Of a DNA stretch of 64,000 nt, positions 48,343-58,543 are shown in pieces (the first letter of the stretch is position 1; the number at the start of each line of letters is the position of its first letter). The notes below the pieces were generated by a model. That model was not told the DNA's origin and did not search any database. It saw only the letters and a program-made list of their open reading frames with translations. This stretch comes from Clostridia bacterium (lineage in GTDB: Bacteria; Bacillota; Clostridia; UBA1381; UBA9506): contig JAZNJS010000051.1 in the NCBI GenBank assembly GCA_045578185.1, positions 10,697 to 74,696 of the forward strand, in the 5' to 3' direction. Made by a program: the position numbers and the translations under genes.

Positions 48343-50529
48343 TTAACTTTCTCTCGAAACAGAAATTACACCCTTTAAGCCCGCAATCTTTCTCTGCACA
48401 TTTTCAAATTGCTCTTTAGATGCTATTTCCATCGTAATTTTAATTATAGCCACCTGGTCCTTGCTCGGGTTCGAATGGATTGAGCTGATTAAAATTTTAA
48501 GGTCAGATATAATCCTTGTAATTTCTGCCAAGAGGCCTTTCCTGTCATATGCCGAAATGGTAAGCTCTGTAAGATAAGAATTTTGCTGTGCAGCCTCTGC
48601 CTGCCATCTTACAGGGATAAGGCGGTCTGTTCCGCTATAGCGGTTTTCGGCAACAATATTGGGGCAGTCCTCACGATGAACAGACACTCCTCTGCCGCGT
48701 GTAATATATCCTACAATTGCATCACCAGGCACAGGATTACAACAGCGAGAAAGACGAACCAGACAGTTATCTATTCCCTCAACAATTACACCATTACTTG
48801 CTGAAACTTTTTTTGGCGCAGCCGTAACCATGGCAGTTGCTAAAGCATCGGGGTCTTCGTTCTTCATCGCCTGACGATACTGCTCTTTTAATCTGCCGAC
48901 AATCTTGTTAACGGTCAGCGCACCGTAGCCAACTGCCGCATAAAGGTCATCCATGCCCGAAAATGTATACTTTTTGCATATTATCTCTACCCACTCGGGA
49001 CGAAACAGCTGAGCCGCTGTCATATTAATTCTTCGGAGCTCTTTTTCTATCATATCCTTTCCGCGAAGAATATTTTCCTCACGGCGCTCTCTTTTAAACC
49101 ATTGATTTATCTTCGTTCTAGCCTGCGATGTCTTACAGAGCTTGAGCCAGTCACGGCTGGGACCATGGACTGATGAAGACGTCATAACATCAACGATATC
49201 TCCGTTCTGAAGTACATAGTCGAGCGTAGAAATTTTTCCATTTACCTTTGCTCCAGACATCTTACAACCGATGGCGCTGTGAATCATAAATGCAAAATCT
49301 ATCGGCGTAGAACCTGCAGGAAGATTTATAACGTCACCCTTAGGTGTAAACACGAAAACTTCATCTGCAAACAGGTCAATTTTAAGGGTACGCATAAAAT
49401 CATCAGAGTCAACAACATTCTGCTGAATTTCAAGAATCTGACGAATCCACTCAAGCTTTGAGTCCATATCCGTCTCGCCGCTTTTTCCCTCTTTATATTT
49501 CCAATGTGCTGCGATACCGTGCTCTGCAACACGATGCATATCCCATGTTCTTATCTGTATTTCAAACGGCGTTCCGTTAGGACCTATAACCGTTGTATGA
49601 AGCGACTGATACATATTTGCTTTAGGCATCGCTATATAATCTTTAAAGCGTCCCGGCATCGGGTAATAGCGCTCGTGCACCATTCCTAAAACTGCATAAC
49701 AGTCCTTTACGCTGTCAACAATTACACGCACGGCAAAAAGGTCATAAAGCTCATCTATGCTCTTATTCTGCGTAAACATCTTACGATAAATACTGTAAAA
49801 ATGCTTCGCGCGACCTGTTACATGCGCCTGGATACCAATCTCAGAGAGTTTATCTTTGAGAGTGTCCATAATATCGTTTATATACTGTTCTCTCTCACGC
49901 CTTTTAAGGTTGATTGAGTCAGTAATTTCTTTATATGCAATAGGGTCTAAGTAACGAAGCGACAAATCCTCAAGCTCCATTTTTATCTTAGACATACCGA
50001 GTCTGTGTGCTAAGGCTGCATATACCTCTATCGTCTCACGGGCTTTTTCTCTCTGTTTGTCCTCACTTTTAGCAGTTATTGTTCGCATATTATGCAAACG
50101 GTCCGCAAGTTTTATGACTATAACCCTTACATCCTTTGCCATTGCAAGAAACATTTTGCGCAGATTCTCTATCTGCTGCTCTTCTTTTGAGGTGTACTGA
50201 ATTTTACCAAGCTTTGTAACGCCGTCAACTATCAGCGCAACATTTTCTCCAAATTGCTCTTTAATGTCCGCTAAAGAATAGTCTGTATCTTCAACCACAT
50301 CGTGGAGCAGCGCTGCAACGAGTGAGTCGCAGTCAAGTTCAAGGTCAGCCAAAATATGCGCAACAGCCAAAGGGTGCGACAAATACGGCTCTCCGCTTTT
50401 TCTGCTTTGACCATCGTGGGCATTTTTTGCAAGCTCATAAGCGCTTATGAGCCTTTCAACATCAAACTTTGGATTGTATGAAACGACCTTTTCTTTAAGT
50501 CTTTCAAAAGAGCTGTTAACCTTTTCCAT
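48343..50529 (-). CDS. relA: Bifunctional (p)ppGpp synthetase/hydrolase (RelA/SpoT homologue)
   Basis: HD hydrolase domain (HPLAVA..LHDVVEDT), a synthetase domain (YRSLHT-like: YQSLHTTV), and TGS and ACT domains. Confidence 0.96.
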   Translation of the reverse strand: MEKVNSSFERLKEKVVSYNPKFDVERLISAYELAKNAHDGQSRKSGEPYLSHPLAVAHILADLELDCDSLVAALLHDVVEDTDYSLADIKEQFGENVALIVDGVTKLGKIQYTSKEEQQIENLRKMFLAMAKDVRVIVIKLADRLHNMRTITAKSEDKQREKARETIEVYAALAHRLGMSKIKMELEDLSLRYLDPIAYKEITDSINLKRREREQYINDIMDTLKDKLSEIGIQAHVTGRAKHFYSIYRKMFTQNKSIDELYDLFAVRVIVDSVKDCYAVLGMVHERYYPMPGRFKDYIAMPKANMYQSLHTTVIGPNGTPFEIQIRTWDMHRVAEHGIAAHWKYKEGKSGETDMDSKLEWIRQILEIQQNVVDSDDFMRTLKIDLFADEVFVFTPKGDVINLPAGSTPIDFAFMIHSAIGCKMSGAKVNGKISTLDYVLQNGDIVDVMTSSSVHGPSRDWLKLCKTSQARTKINQWFKRERREENILRGKDMIEKELRRINMTAAQLFRPEWVEIICKKYTFSGMDDLYAAVGYGALTVNKIVGRLKEQYRQAMKNEDPDALATAMVTAAPKKVSASNGVIVEGIDNCLVRLSRCCNPVPGDAIVGYITRGRGVSVHREDCPNIVAENRYSGTDRLIPVRWQAEAAQQNSYLTELTISAYDRKGLLAEITRIISDLKILISSIHSNPSKDQVAIIKITMEIASKEQFENVQRKIAGLKGVISVSRES

Positions 50530-52245
50530 TTACTCACCACCTGAATCAGAAAAACGCATATCTTTTAAAACCGCCTGAGCGTGTCTTTCTCCCCTGAATA
50601 CATTTATATCTACCTGGAACAGAATATCAATTACATCATTTAGCTTTATTTCTTCCAAATACGAGCCCATACCAAAGCCTACTGCCTCTATACTGTTTCC
50701 GTCTTTAAAGAGTGTAAGTTTTATATGTTTACCTTCGCTCAACGGTCTTATTCCTGTTATCTTAAGGCCTCTTGCGAAAAATATAGGGCTGCCGTTACCC
50801 ATGCCATACGGCTCGAGCTGGGTCAGTTTCTCTGCTGTATTCATGTTTATATACTCAATCGGCAATTCTGTGTCCACATAGATTCTCGCAATAAAGTCAT
50901 CAGGAACTAAAATCTTTTTTGCGTGCCTATTAATTTTCTCCCTGAACGCAGAAATCTTATCCGCTTCTATGCTTAATCCTGCCGCAAGCTCGTGTCCGCC
51001 AAATTTGGTTAAAAGTTCGCCCGAGTCTTCGAGTGCACGAAACAGATTAAAGCCTTTAATACTTCTGCCCGACCCTTTTCCCTTGCCGTCAGTCGTGCTG
51101 ATTAAGATACAGGGTTTTCCTGTCTGCTCGGATATTTTAGATGCAACAATTCCAATTATGCCGTGATGCCAGTCTTCGTGCTCGAGCACCAAAACGTAAT
51201 CATCCTGCATAGATTTATTATTTTCCAAGATTGCAAGAGCCTGCTCCATTATGCTTTGCTCTGTCGCCTGTCTTTCCCTGTTTTCGCTATCTAAAAGCGC
51301 AGCATATTCGCGAGCATTTCTTTCATCCTCTGAAAGAAGCATCTCTACCGCAGTTTTGGGGTCCCCCATTCTTCCTGCTGCATTGATTCTCGGTGCTAAA
51401 ATAAAACCGATTGTTCCAGCAGTAACTGCTGATGCGTCAACCTCTGCCTGTGCAATAAGCGCCATAAGTCCGCGGTTTACGGTATATTTCATAAGCTCTA
51501 AGCCTTTTTTTACAATAATTCGGTTTTCGCCGAGCAGCGGCATTACATCTGCCACCGTGCCTATCGCAACAATATCAAGATACTCCTCCAAGAGCTCTTT
51601 CATATGGTATTTCATTCTGATCGTCAGCGCCTGCAGCAGCTTAAATACCACGCCAACACCCGCAAGTTTTTTAAATGGATAAGGGCAGTCAGTTTGTTTG
51701 GGATTTAATATACAAAGCGCCGATGGAAGTTCATCCTTACACTCATGATGGTCGGTAACGATTACGTCCATTCCTTTTTCTTTTGCATAATTTATCTCCG
51801 AAACCGCTGTAATTCCGCAGTCAACTGTAATCAAAAGCCTAGTCCCCTGTGCTGCTATAGTGTCAATCGCTCCCATGTTCATTCCATAACCTTCTTCCAA
51901 TCGGTCAGGAATATAATAGCTTGCATCTGCACCGTGTGCAGTCAAAAACTTTACCAAAGCCGCCGTAGAGGTTATTCCGTCAACGTCATAATCGCCATAA
52001 ACAGTTATTTTTTCTTTGCTCTTTATAGCAAACAAAATCCTCTCTGCAGCCTCTGTCATACCCTTCATAATAAACGGGTCATGAAGCTTTTGGGTCTCGG
52101 GTACAATATATTCTTCAACATTTTCAATTCCACGGTTTAAAAGTACGGTTGCAAGAACCGGCGGCAAATTATATTTGCTGCTGATTCGCAAAACGTCCTC
52201 TCTTGCGTTATTTTTACTGAGTAAAACCCACTTCTTTTTCTGCAT
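50530..52245 (-). CDS. recJ: Single-stranded-DNA-specific exonuclease RecJ
   Basis: DHH motifs (YGDYDVDG, DHH as VTDHHE) and DHHA1 (GGH..AAG). Confidence 0.95.
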   Translation of the reverse strand: MQKKKWVLLSKNNAREDVLRISSKYNLPPVLATVLLNRGIENVEEYIVPETQKLHDPFIMKGMTEAAERILFAIKSKEKITVYGDYDVDGITSTAALVKFLTAHGADASYYIPDRLEEGYGMNMGAIDTIAAQGTRLLITVDCGITAVSEINYAKEKGMDVIVTDHHECKDELPSALCILNPKQTDCPYPFKKLAGVGVVFKLLQALTIRMKYHMKELLEEYLDIVAIGTVADVMPLLGENRIIVKKGLELMKYTVNRGLMALIAQAEVDASAVTAGTIGFILAPRINAAGRMGDPKTAVEMLLSEDERNAREYAALLDSENRERQATEQSIMEQALAILENNKSMQDDYVLVLEHEDWHHGIIGIVASKISEQTGKPCILISTTDGKGKGSGRSIKGFNLFRALEDSGELLTKFGGHELAAGLSIEADKISAFREKINRHAKKILVPDDFIARIYVDTELPIEYINMNTAEKLTQLEPYGMGNGSPIFFARGLKITGIRPLSEGKHIKLTLFKDGNSIEAVGFGMGSYLEEIKLNDVIDILFQVDINVFRGERHAQAVLKDMRFSDSGGE

Positions 52246-52339
52246 ATCAAACCTCTAAAACTATATGTAGTGCAATTCTATCCTATTTAATACTAATTAT
52301 ACTACTTTTTTATGTAATATGCAACTAAAGATTAAAAAA

Positions 52340-52381
52340 AGAGGATGTTAAAAAAGCATTTTTTAACATCCTCTTTTTTTC
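52340..52381. terminator. Bidirectional terminator after dnaE
   Basis: Perfect 16-bp stem agaggatgttaaaaaa-gca-ttttttaacatcctct, flanked by A7 and T7. Confidence 0.9.
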
Positions 52382-55300
52382 TTATCTCACCACAACATTA
52401 CCTTCTCCGACAATCTGTGTGATTTTTTCAATTAATTCATCAGAAATTCTAACCCACATATCCTTTGGCGCCACTACGGTTTTCTTAGTTTCTTCTATGT
52501 GTATATACACCGGTGAACTACCTTTGTTTTCAGCAAAAATGGGCTTTAGGTGTTCTAAAAGATAGTCTTTTCCAAGCGCAAACTTAAGATAAAGCTTTTT
52601 ATCATTTTCACGCATCTCGTGAATCGGTGTAACGCTGTCACACAGAATCTTTGGCTCTTCATCTTCTCTGAAGCTTAATTTTCCGTTAATTTTTATTACT
52701 GCATCTTCAACGAGATACGGCTTGTACTGTGCATATACTTTCGGGAAAACAAGCATCTCAATTTTGCCCGTTAAGTCTTCAAGCGTAACGAAGCCCATCA
52801 TCTGATTACTGCGCGTGAGTTTGCTCTTTACATCCGATACGATACCGCAAATAGAAATCTCAGCTCCGTCAAAAATTTGAGCCGTCACTTCCTCATCGTC
52901 ACCTGATGCATACTGCATAATTTCGAGTGCAGTCGCTGTCGACCACTTCTCTACCTCTTTAGCATATTCATTAAGCGGATGTCCGGAAATATAAAATCCT
53001 ATGCATTCTTTTTCCATCGTCAGAAGTCTTTTTAGCGAATACTCTTCTATATCAGGATAACGCACCTCGGTTTCTTCTATCTCCTCACTGCCGAAAAGTG
53101 ACAGTTGTCCGTCAACGTTTCTCTTTCTTTCATCAGCCTGTGCGTCTATCATAGTCTCAAATACCGCCAAAAGCTGAGAACGCTTTTCTCCTAGTGCATC
53201 AAACGCTCCTGCGCGTATAAGGTTTTCGTGCACACGCTTTGACACTGCAAGATACGCCGTACGCTTAACAAAGTCCTGATAGCTTGCAAATTCGCCGCCT
53301 TTTTCTCTCTCGTCTACAATGGAGTCAATGCAGGCAACGCCGATATTTTTTATAACGGCAAGACCGAAACGAACATCATTTCCCGATACCGTAAAGCCAC
53401 TGCAACTCTTATTGATATCAGGCGGCAGGATTTTGATTCCCAGGCGGGCGCATTCCATTGTGTAACGTGCCACCTTATCAGGCGAGTCTAAAACGCTTGA
53501 CAAAAGCGCCGCCATATACTGAGCGGGATAAAAATGCTTTAAATAAGCAGTCTGATAAGTAACCATCGCATATGCCGCCGCATGTGACTTGTTAAACGCA
53601 TAGCTTGCAAAGTCCATCATCTCATCAAATATTGCATTTGCAACCTTTTCCGATACGCCTCGTCTTAAAGCTCCGTCAATAAGCACATTTCCGTCCTTAT
53701 CCGTCTGGCCGTATATAAAATTCTTACGCTCTTCCACCATAACATCGTGCTTCTTTTTAGACATCGCACGGCGGACAAGGTCAGCTCGCCCCATTGAGTA
53801 GCCACCAAGGTCACGTACTATCTGCATAACCTGCTCCTGATACACCATACAGCCATAGGTCACATTTAAAATCGGCTCAAGTGACGGGTGCTTATATTCT
53901 ACACTTTCAGGATGGTTTTTATTCTCAATATACCTTGGAATCTGCTCCATTGGACCTGGGCGGTATAAAGATATACCCGCTATAATATCCTCAATGCTTT
54001 CAGGACGAAGCTCCTTCATAAACGATTTCATACCGCCGCTTTCAAGTTGGAAAACGCCCTCGGACTCGCCGCGAGAGAGCATCTTATATACGCCCGGCTC
54101 TGCAATATTTATTTTATCAAGCTCTATTTTTTCGCCCGTTGACTCCTCAATAATTTTTACGGCTTCATGAATAATGGAGAGGTTACGAAGACCCAAAAAG
54201 TCCATTTTTAAAAGTCCGAGTTCTTCAACGGTTCCCATCGGGAACTGTGTTGTTACAACATCATCATTTTTCTGTAGCGGAATGTGGTCAGTCAGCGGGT
54301 CTTTTGATATTACAACTCCCGCCGCATGAGTTCCCGCATTTCTCGTAAGACCCTCTAGCGCACGAGCATCATCAATCAGTTCTTTAACCTGCGCATCCTC
54401 TTCATAACGTTCTTTGAGCTCGGGGTTTATTTCAAGCGCTTTATCAATAGTCATTTTAAGGTCAAAGGGTATCATTTTTGCAATTGCATCCGTTTCTGCA
54501 TACGAAACATCAAGCACACGGCCAACGTCGCGCACCGCCGCCTTTGCCTTCATAGTGTTATAAGTGATAATTTGTGTAACTCTGTCACGTCCGTATTTTT
54601 CGACAACATAGTCAATTACCTTCTGGCGGCTTTCGTTACAGATATCAACGTCTATATCTGGCATGCTTACACGCTCAGGGTTTAAAAATCTCTCAAAAAG
54701 AAGCGCAAATCGAAGCGGGTCAATGTCCGTAATTCTTAGGCAGTATGCAACAATGCTTCCCGCCGCACTTCCTCTTCCCGGACCAACGGGAATATCACGG
54801 TCTTTTGCAAATTTTATAAAGTCCCAAACAATGAGAAAATAGTCAACATAACCCATCGAACGAATTACATTAAGCTCATATTCCAGTCTGGCTTCAGCCT
54901 CCTTGTTTCCCTCGCCGTAGCGCTCTCTCAAGCCATCTTGCGCAAGTCTTTTTAGGTAGCTGAAAGAATCCTCTCCATCAGGCACAGGGAACTGCGGCAA
55001 GTGGAGCTTTCCAAACTCAAACTCAACGTTGCATTTATCAATAATTTTCTGCGTATTGTCGATACTTTCGGGCACTCCAGCAAAAAGTTCACGCATTTCC
55101 TGCTCGCTTTTTAAATAAAATTCATCACTTTCAAAGCGCATACGGTCAGTTTCTGCTACTTTTGCGTTAGTCTGTATGCAAAGCATCAAATCCTGATATT
55201 TTGCATCCTCTTTCAAGGTATAATGAACGTCATTTGTCGCAACTAACGACAGTCCGTATTCTTGCGCAAGGCTGATAAGTGTGCTATTTACTTTTTTCTG

Positions 55301-55843
55301 TTCAGGCAAACCATGGTCCTGAATTTCAAGATAAAAATCATCTTTTCCGAACACTTCGATGTAGTCTTCTATCTTTTTTCTCGCCCTTTGAATATCGTCT
55401 TCTAAAATAGCATTCGGTATATCACCCGCAAGGCAGGCAGAAAGGCAAAGTAAACCCTCGCTGTGACTTTTAATCTCCTCAAAATCTACACGGGGTTTAT
55501 AGTAGAAACCGTCTGTATAGCCTCTTGACACGATTTTAATCAAATTACGGTAGCCGACCATATCCTTTGCCAAAAGCACAAGATGGCCCGTACGATTTCC
55601 GCGCTCGTGTGTGAAATCCATCATATCCCGGCCCGCTGTATAGACCTCGCAGCCGATAATCGGCTTGATACCTGCTTCTTTGGCTTTTTTATAAAAATCG
55701 ATAACTCCATACATTCCGCCATGGTCCGTGATGGCAACAGCATCCATTCCCAGCTCTTTTACACGGTCAATAAGCGCACCAATACGGCACGCTCCGTCTA
55801 AAAAGCTGAACTCGGTATGTACATGGAGATGCGCAAAGCTCAT
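52382..55843 (-). CDS. dnaE: DNA polymerase III alpha subunit (DnaE type)
   Basis: PHP domain start FAHLHVHTEFS.LDG, the polymerase core (PDIDVD) and an OB fold. 1153 aa. Confidence 0.97.
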   Translation of the reverse strand: MSFAHLHVHTEFSFLDGACRIGALIDRVKELGMDAVAITDHGGMYGVIDFYKKAKEAGIKPIIGCEVYTAGRDMMDFTHERGNRTGHLVLLAKDMVGYRNLIKIVSRGYTDGFYYKPRVDFEEIKSHSEGLLCLSACLAGDIPNAILEDDIQRARKKIEDYIEVFGKDDFYLEIQDHGLPEQKKVNSTLISLAQEYGLSLVATNDVHYTLKEDAKYQDLMLCIQTNAKVAETDRMRFESDEFYLKSEQEMRELFAGVPESIDNTQKIIDKCNVEFEFGKLHLPQFPVPDGEDSFSYLKRLAQDGLRERYGEGNKEAEARLEYELNVIRSMGYVDYFLIVWDFIKFAKDRDIPVGPGRGSAAGSIVAYCLRITDIDPLRFALLFERFLNPERVSMPDIDVDICNESRQKVIDYVVEKYGRDRVTQIITYNTMKAKAAVRDVGRVLDVSYAETDAIAKMIPFDLKMTIDKALEINPELKERYEEDAQVKELIDDARALEGLTRNAGTHAAGVVISKDPLTDHIPLQKNDDVVTTQFPMGTVEELGLLKMDFLGLRNLSIIHEAVKIIEESTGEKIELDKINIAEPGVYKMLSRGESEGVFQLESGGMKSFMKELRPESIEDIIAGISLYRPGPMEQIPRYIENKNHPESVEYKHPSLEPILNVTYGCMVYQEQVMQIVRDLGGYSMGRADLVRRAMSKKKHDVMVEERKNFIYGQTDKDGNVLIDGALRRGVSEKVANAIFDEMMDFASYAFNKSHAAAYAMVTYQTAYLKHFYPAQYMAALLSSVLDSPDKVARYTMECARLGIKILPPDINKSCSGFTVSGNDVRFGLAVIKNIGVACIDSIVDEREKGGEFASYQDFVKRTAYLAVSKRVHENLIRAGAFDALGEKRSQLLAVFETMIDAQADERKRNVDGQLSLFGSEEIEETEVRYPDIEEYSLKRLLTMEKECIGFYISGHPLNEYAKEVEKWSTATALEIMQYASGDDEEVTAQIFDGAEISICGIVSDVKSKLTRSNQMMGFVTLEDLTGKIEMLVFPKVYAQYKPYLVEDAVIKINGKLSFREDEEPKILCDSVTPIHEMRENDKKLYLKFALGKDYLLEHLKPIFAENKGSSPVYIHIEETKKTVVAPKDMWVRISDELIEKITQIVGEGNVVVR

Positions 55844-55951
55844 AGCCTAATCCTCCCGTAAAAATTTGTTGCATTTTACTCTTTTATATATATTGTATAT
55901 TGTTCACAAAAAAAAATCAACATTTTTCTACATATACTTTTATTAATACAT

Positions 55952-55980
55952 TTGACATTTTATCCGTCAAACGATATAAT
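55952..55980 (+). promoter_or_regulatory. Consensus sigma-A promoter for trxA
   Basis: TTGACA (55952-57), a 17-nt spacer, then TATAAT (55975-80). Confidence 0.8.
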
Positions 55981-56035
55981 AATATAGTATAAATTGGTGC
56001 ATAATATCAGCAACAAACTGTAAAGGAGATTATAT

Positions 56036-56371
56036 ATGGGAAACACAAATCTTATCGAACTCAGAGCAAGCGAATTTGAGGCAGAAGTATTAAAGTCTGA
56101 CATTCCTGTTATGGTTGATTTCTGGGCTCCATGGTGTGGCCCCTGCCGTATGGTTGTGCCACTCATGCAGCAACTTGCTGATGAATATGAAGGAAAAGCA
56201 AAGGTGTGCAAGGTAAATGTCGATGACGAGGGTGCTCTCGCTGCAAAATTTGGTGTTATGACCATCCCGACAGTGTTTGTTTTCTCAGGTGGTGAAATCG
56301 CAGAGCAGGTTACCGGTGCATATCCTAAAGCTCACTATGCACAGATGCTTGATAAGGTGCTGGCGAAATAA
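56036..56371 (+). CDS. trxA: Thioredoxin
   Basis: VDFWAPWCGPC active site; 111 aa. Confidence 0.96.
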   Translation: MGNTNLIELRASEFEAEVLKSDIPVMVDFWAPWCGPCRMVVPLMQQLADEYEGKAKVCKVNVDDEGALAAKFGVMTIPTVFVFSGGEIAEQVTGAYPKAHYAQMLDKVLAK

Positions 56372-56425
56372 TTGGTTGCTGCTAAATACGGCAGCTATAC
56401 ATATAAAGGCAAGGAGGAAAACATC

Positions 56426-56602
56426 TTGGCCGGTGGATTTAAAAGCAGTCTTTTCGGTTATAAAAAGAAAGACGTCTTATCGTACATAGAAAAGCTCGCG
56501 ACAAATTATGCTCAGAAGCTTACGGAAAAAGACGAAGAAATCGAAGAGCTGCTCACAAAAAATAAGGAGCTTAAGCAGAAAATAAAAGAGCTTGAGAATT
56601 AA
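56426..56602 (+). CDS. Small DivIVA-domain coiled-coil protein (58 aa)
   Basis: F.SSLFGYKKKDVLSYIEKL resembles the DivIVA N-terminal F..GY....V..F/Y motif, followed by a heptad-rich tail. TTG at 56426 lies 8 nt after AAGGAGG; the track start at 56372 lacks an RBS. Confidence 0.55.
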   Translation: MAGGFKSSLFGYKKKDVLSYIEKLATNYAQKLTEKDEEIEELLTKNKELKQKIKELEN

Positions 56603-56624
56603 GGAAGGAACGAATACAGATAAT

Positions 56625-56912
56625 ATGATTACGAGTAAACAGCGTGCCGCTTTGCGTGGCCTTGCAAACCCCGTCCCCACCATCTTCCAGATTGGCAAAG
56701 GCGGAGTAAACGACAATTTGATAAAACAGTTAGACGATGCGCTCGAGGCGCGTGAACTTATTAAAATTCACATTTTAGAAACAGCATTTTTAGACCCGAG
56801 AGATACTTTAAACGAGCTCTGCGCCGTATTAGGCGCTGAACCAGTTCAGGCGATTGGTTCTAAAATAGTAATGTACCGCGAATCCAAGGAACACAAAACT
56901 ATAGAAATTTAG
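56625..56912 (+). CDS. yhbY: Ribosome assembly RNA-binding protein YhbY (CRM domain)
   Basis: LTSKQRA.LR..A....P...IGK.G......Q...AL...ELIK pattern. Confidence 0.88.
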   Translation: MITSKQRAALRGLANPVPTIFQIGKGGVNDNLIKQLDDALEARELIKIHILETAFLDPRDTLNELCAVLGAEPVQAIGSKIVMYRESKEHKTIEI

Positions 56913-56925
56913 GATGTGAGCAGTT

Positions 56926-57525
56926 ATGGCAAGAATTGGTCTTCTGGGCGGAACATTTGACCCGGTGCACAACGGTCATGTTGCCATCGCACAAACTGTA
57001 AAAAAACAACTTGGCTTAAATAAAATAATAATCATTCCGACAGGCGACCCGCCTCATAAACAGGAAAAAGACGTTACCGACAAACATCACCGTCTTGCTA
57101 TGGCAGAGCAGGTTTTTCTGCCCCTTGGCTTTTATCAAGTTTCTGATTATGAGATTAAAAAAGAGACGCCGAGTTATTCTGTCGATATGATAAAGCATTT
57201 TTCAGCTCTTTATCCGTATGACGAGATATACTTTATAATAGGCGCAGATTCTTTCCGTGATATTCCCACCTGGTGGCATTATCGTGAATTACTCTCTTTG
57301 TGTCAGATTATAGTAGTATCGCGTCCCGACACGAAAAAAACAGAGCTTCTATCCCGTTTTGCAGGAGACGAGTTGCCGCCGCGCGTATTCTATATAGACA
57401 ATGTTTCATACGACATCTCTTCAACCGAAATAAGGGAGCTAGTCAGCCGTGGCGAAGACATAAGTAATCTTGTGCCGATGGCGGTGCAGAACTATATAAA
57501 AGAAAATAAGCTATACAGTGAATAA
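56926..57525 (+). CDS. nadD: Nicotinate-nucleotide adenylyltransferase
   Basis: GGTFDP.H.GH motif and the ISST.IR motif. Confidence 0.93.
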   Translation: MARIGLLGGTFDPVHNGHVAIAQTVKKQLGLNKIIIIPTGDPPHKQEKDVTDKHHRLAMAEQVFLPLGFYQVSDYEIKKETPSYSVDMIKHFSALYPYDEIYFIIGADSFRDIPTWWHYRELLSLCQIIVVSRPDTKKTELLSRFAGDELPPRVFYIDNVSYDISSTEIRELVSRGEDISNLVPMAVQNYIKENKLYSE

Positions 57526-57548
57526 GTCAAAACTAAGGAGACGTACTG

Positions 57549-58145
57549 ATGGAAATCTCACAAATGCAGGAAAAGTTAAAGGGCATGCTTAGCGAGCGCC
57601 GATATATCCATTCTCTAGGAGTTATGGAGGCGGCTGTTCATATGGCAGGTATTTTTGGTGTTGCGCCCGAAAAAGCTCGCATTGCGGGTCTTTTGCACGA
57701 CTGCGCAAAGGATATTGACAAAGAGCAGATGCCCAAAATATGTGAGGAGCTGGGTGTTTACTTAGACCCCGTAAAACTTAAGCAACGCTCATTAATACAC
57801 GCAGATCTAGGAGCTAAACTTGCCCAGACCGAATTCGGCATAACCGACCCCGAGATTTTAGATGCCATCAGATACCATACACTCGGAAGACCGCATATGT
57901 CGCGTCTGGATGAAATTCTTTACATAGCGGACTTCACTGAGCCCAACCGCAAAAATTTTCCTGGGCTCTCTACCTTGCGTGAGCTTGCCGAGGTGGATTT
58001 AGATCTTGCGATGCTTCGTGCGGTGGAATCATCAATCGGCTATGTAGAAAGTCAGGGCAAGACCGTGCACGAACAATCCGTGCTGACACGCGAATATTAC
58101 AATAAACTAATTGCAGAAAGAGAAAAGGAGAAGGTGATAAAATGA
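57549..58145 (+). CDS. yqeK: HD-domain bis(5'-nucleosyl)-tetraphosphatase YqeK
   Basis: R..H...V, LLHD.AK and A..YHT motifs. The nadD-yqeK-rsfS order is conserved. Confidence 0.88.
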   Translation: MEISQMQEKLKGMLSERRYIHSLGVMEAAVHMAGIFGVAPEKARIAGLLHDCAKDIDKEQMPKICEELGVYLDPVKLKQRSLIHADLGAKLAQTEFGITDPEILDAIRYHTLGRPHMSRLDEILYIADFTEPNRKNFPGLSTLRELAEVDLDLAMLRAVESSIGYVESQGKTVHEQSVLTREYYNKLIAEREKEKVIK

Positions 58146-58498
58146 CATCTGCTGAAAAGATGCAACTGATTGTAAAAACATTAGACGACAAAAAAGCTGA
58201 GGACATCCGTGTTCTATCCCTGGACGGACTAACCATCTTGGCGGACTATTTTGTTATATGCTCTGCACAATCCACTACACAGGTTAAGGCTCTTTCTGAC
58301 AATGTCGAAGAGAAAATGGATGAAGCCGGCGAACCCTTGGTAAAAAAAGAGGGCAAACAAGGACTTAACTGGATTTTAATGGACTACGGCGATGTTATCT
58401 GCCACATTTTCTACCAGGAAACAAGAGATTTCTATGCTCTTGAAAAACTGTGGGCAGATGCCGAAGAAATAGATATTTCTGACATTATAAACAACTGA
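58142..58498 (+). CDS. rsfS: Ribosome silencing factor
   Basis: 118 aa; DYFVI....S..Q..A, W.L.DYGDV..H.F....R..Y.LE.LW. Confidence 0.93.
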   Translation: MTSAEKMQLIVKTLDDKKAEDIRVLSLDGLTILADYFVICSAQSTTQVKALSDNVEEKMDEAGEPLVKKEGKQGLNWILMDYGDVICHIFYQETRDFYALEKLWADAEEIDISDIINN

Positions 58499-58543
58499 AA
58501 ATAATACCGCAGTTCGCGGCATAATAAAGGAGTAATAAAGAAG

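Noticed and set aside
58499-58543. T-box leader expected upstream of leuS
   Set aside because: Only 45 nt separate rsfS and leuS, which is too short for a T-box. leuS appears to be co-transcribed with the nadD-yqeK-rsfS genes.
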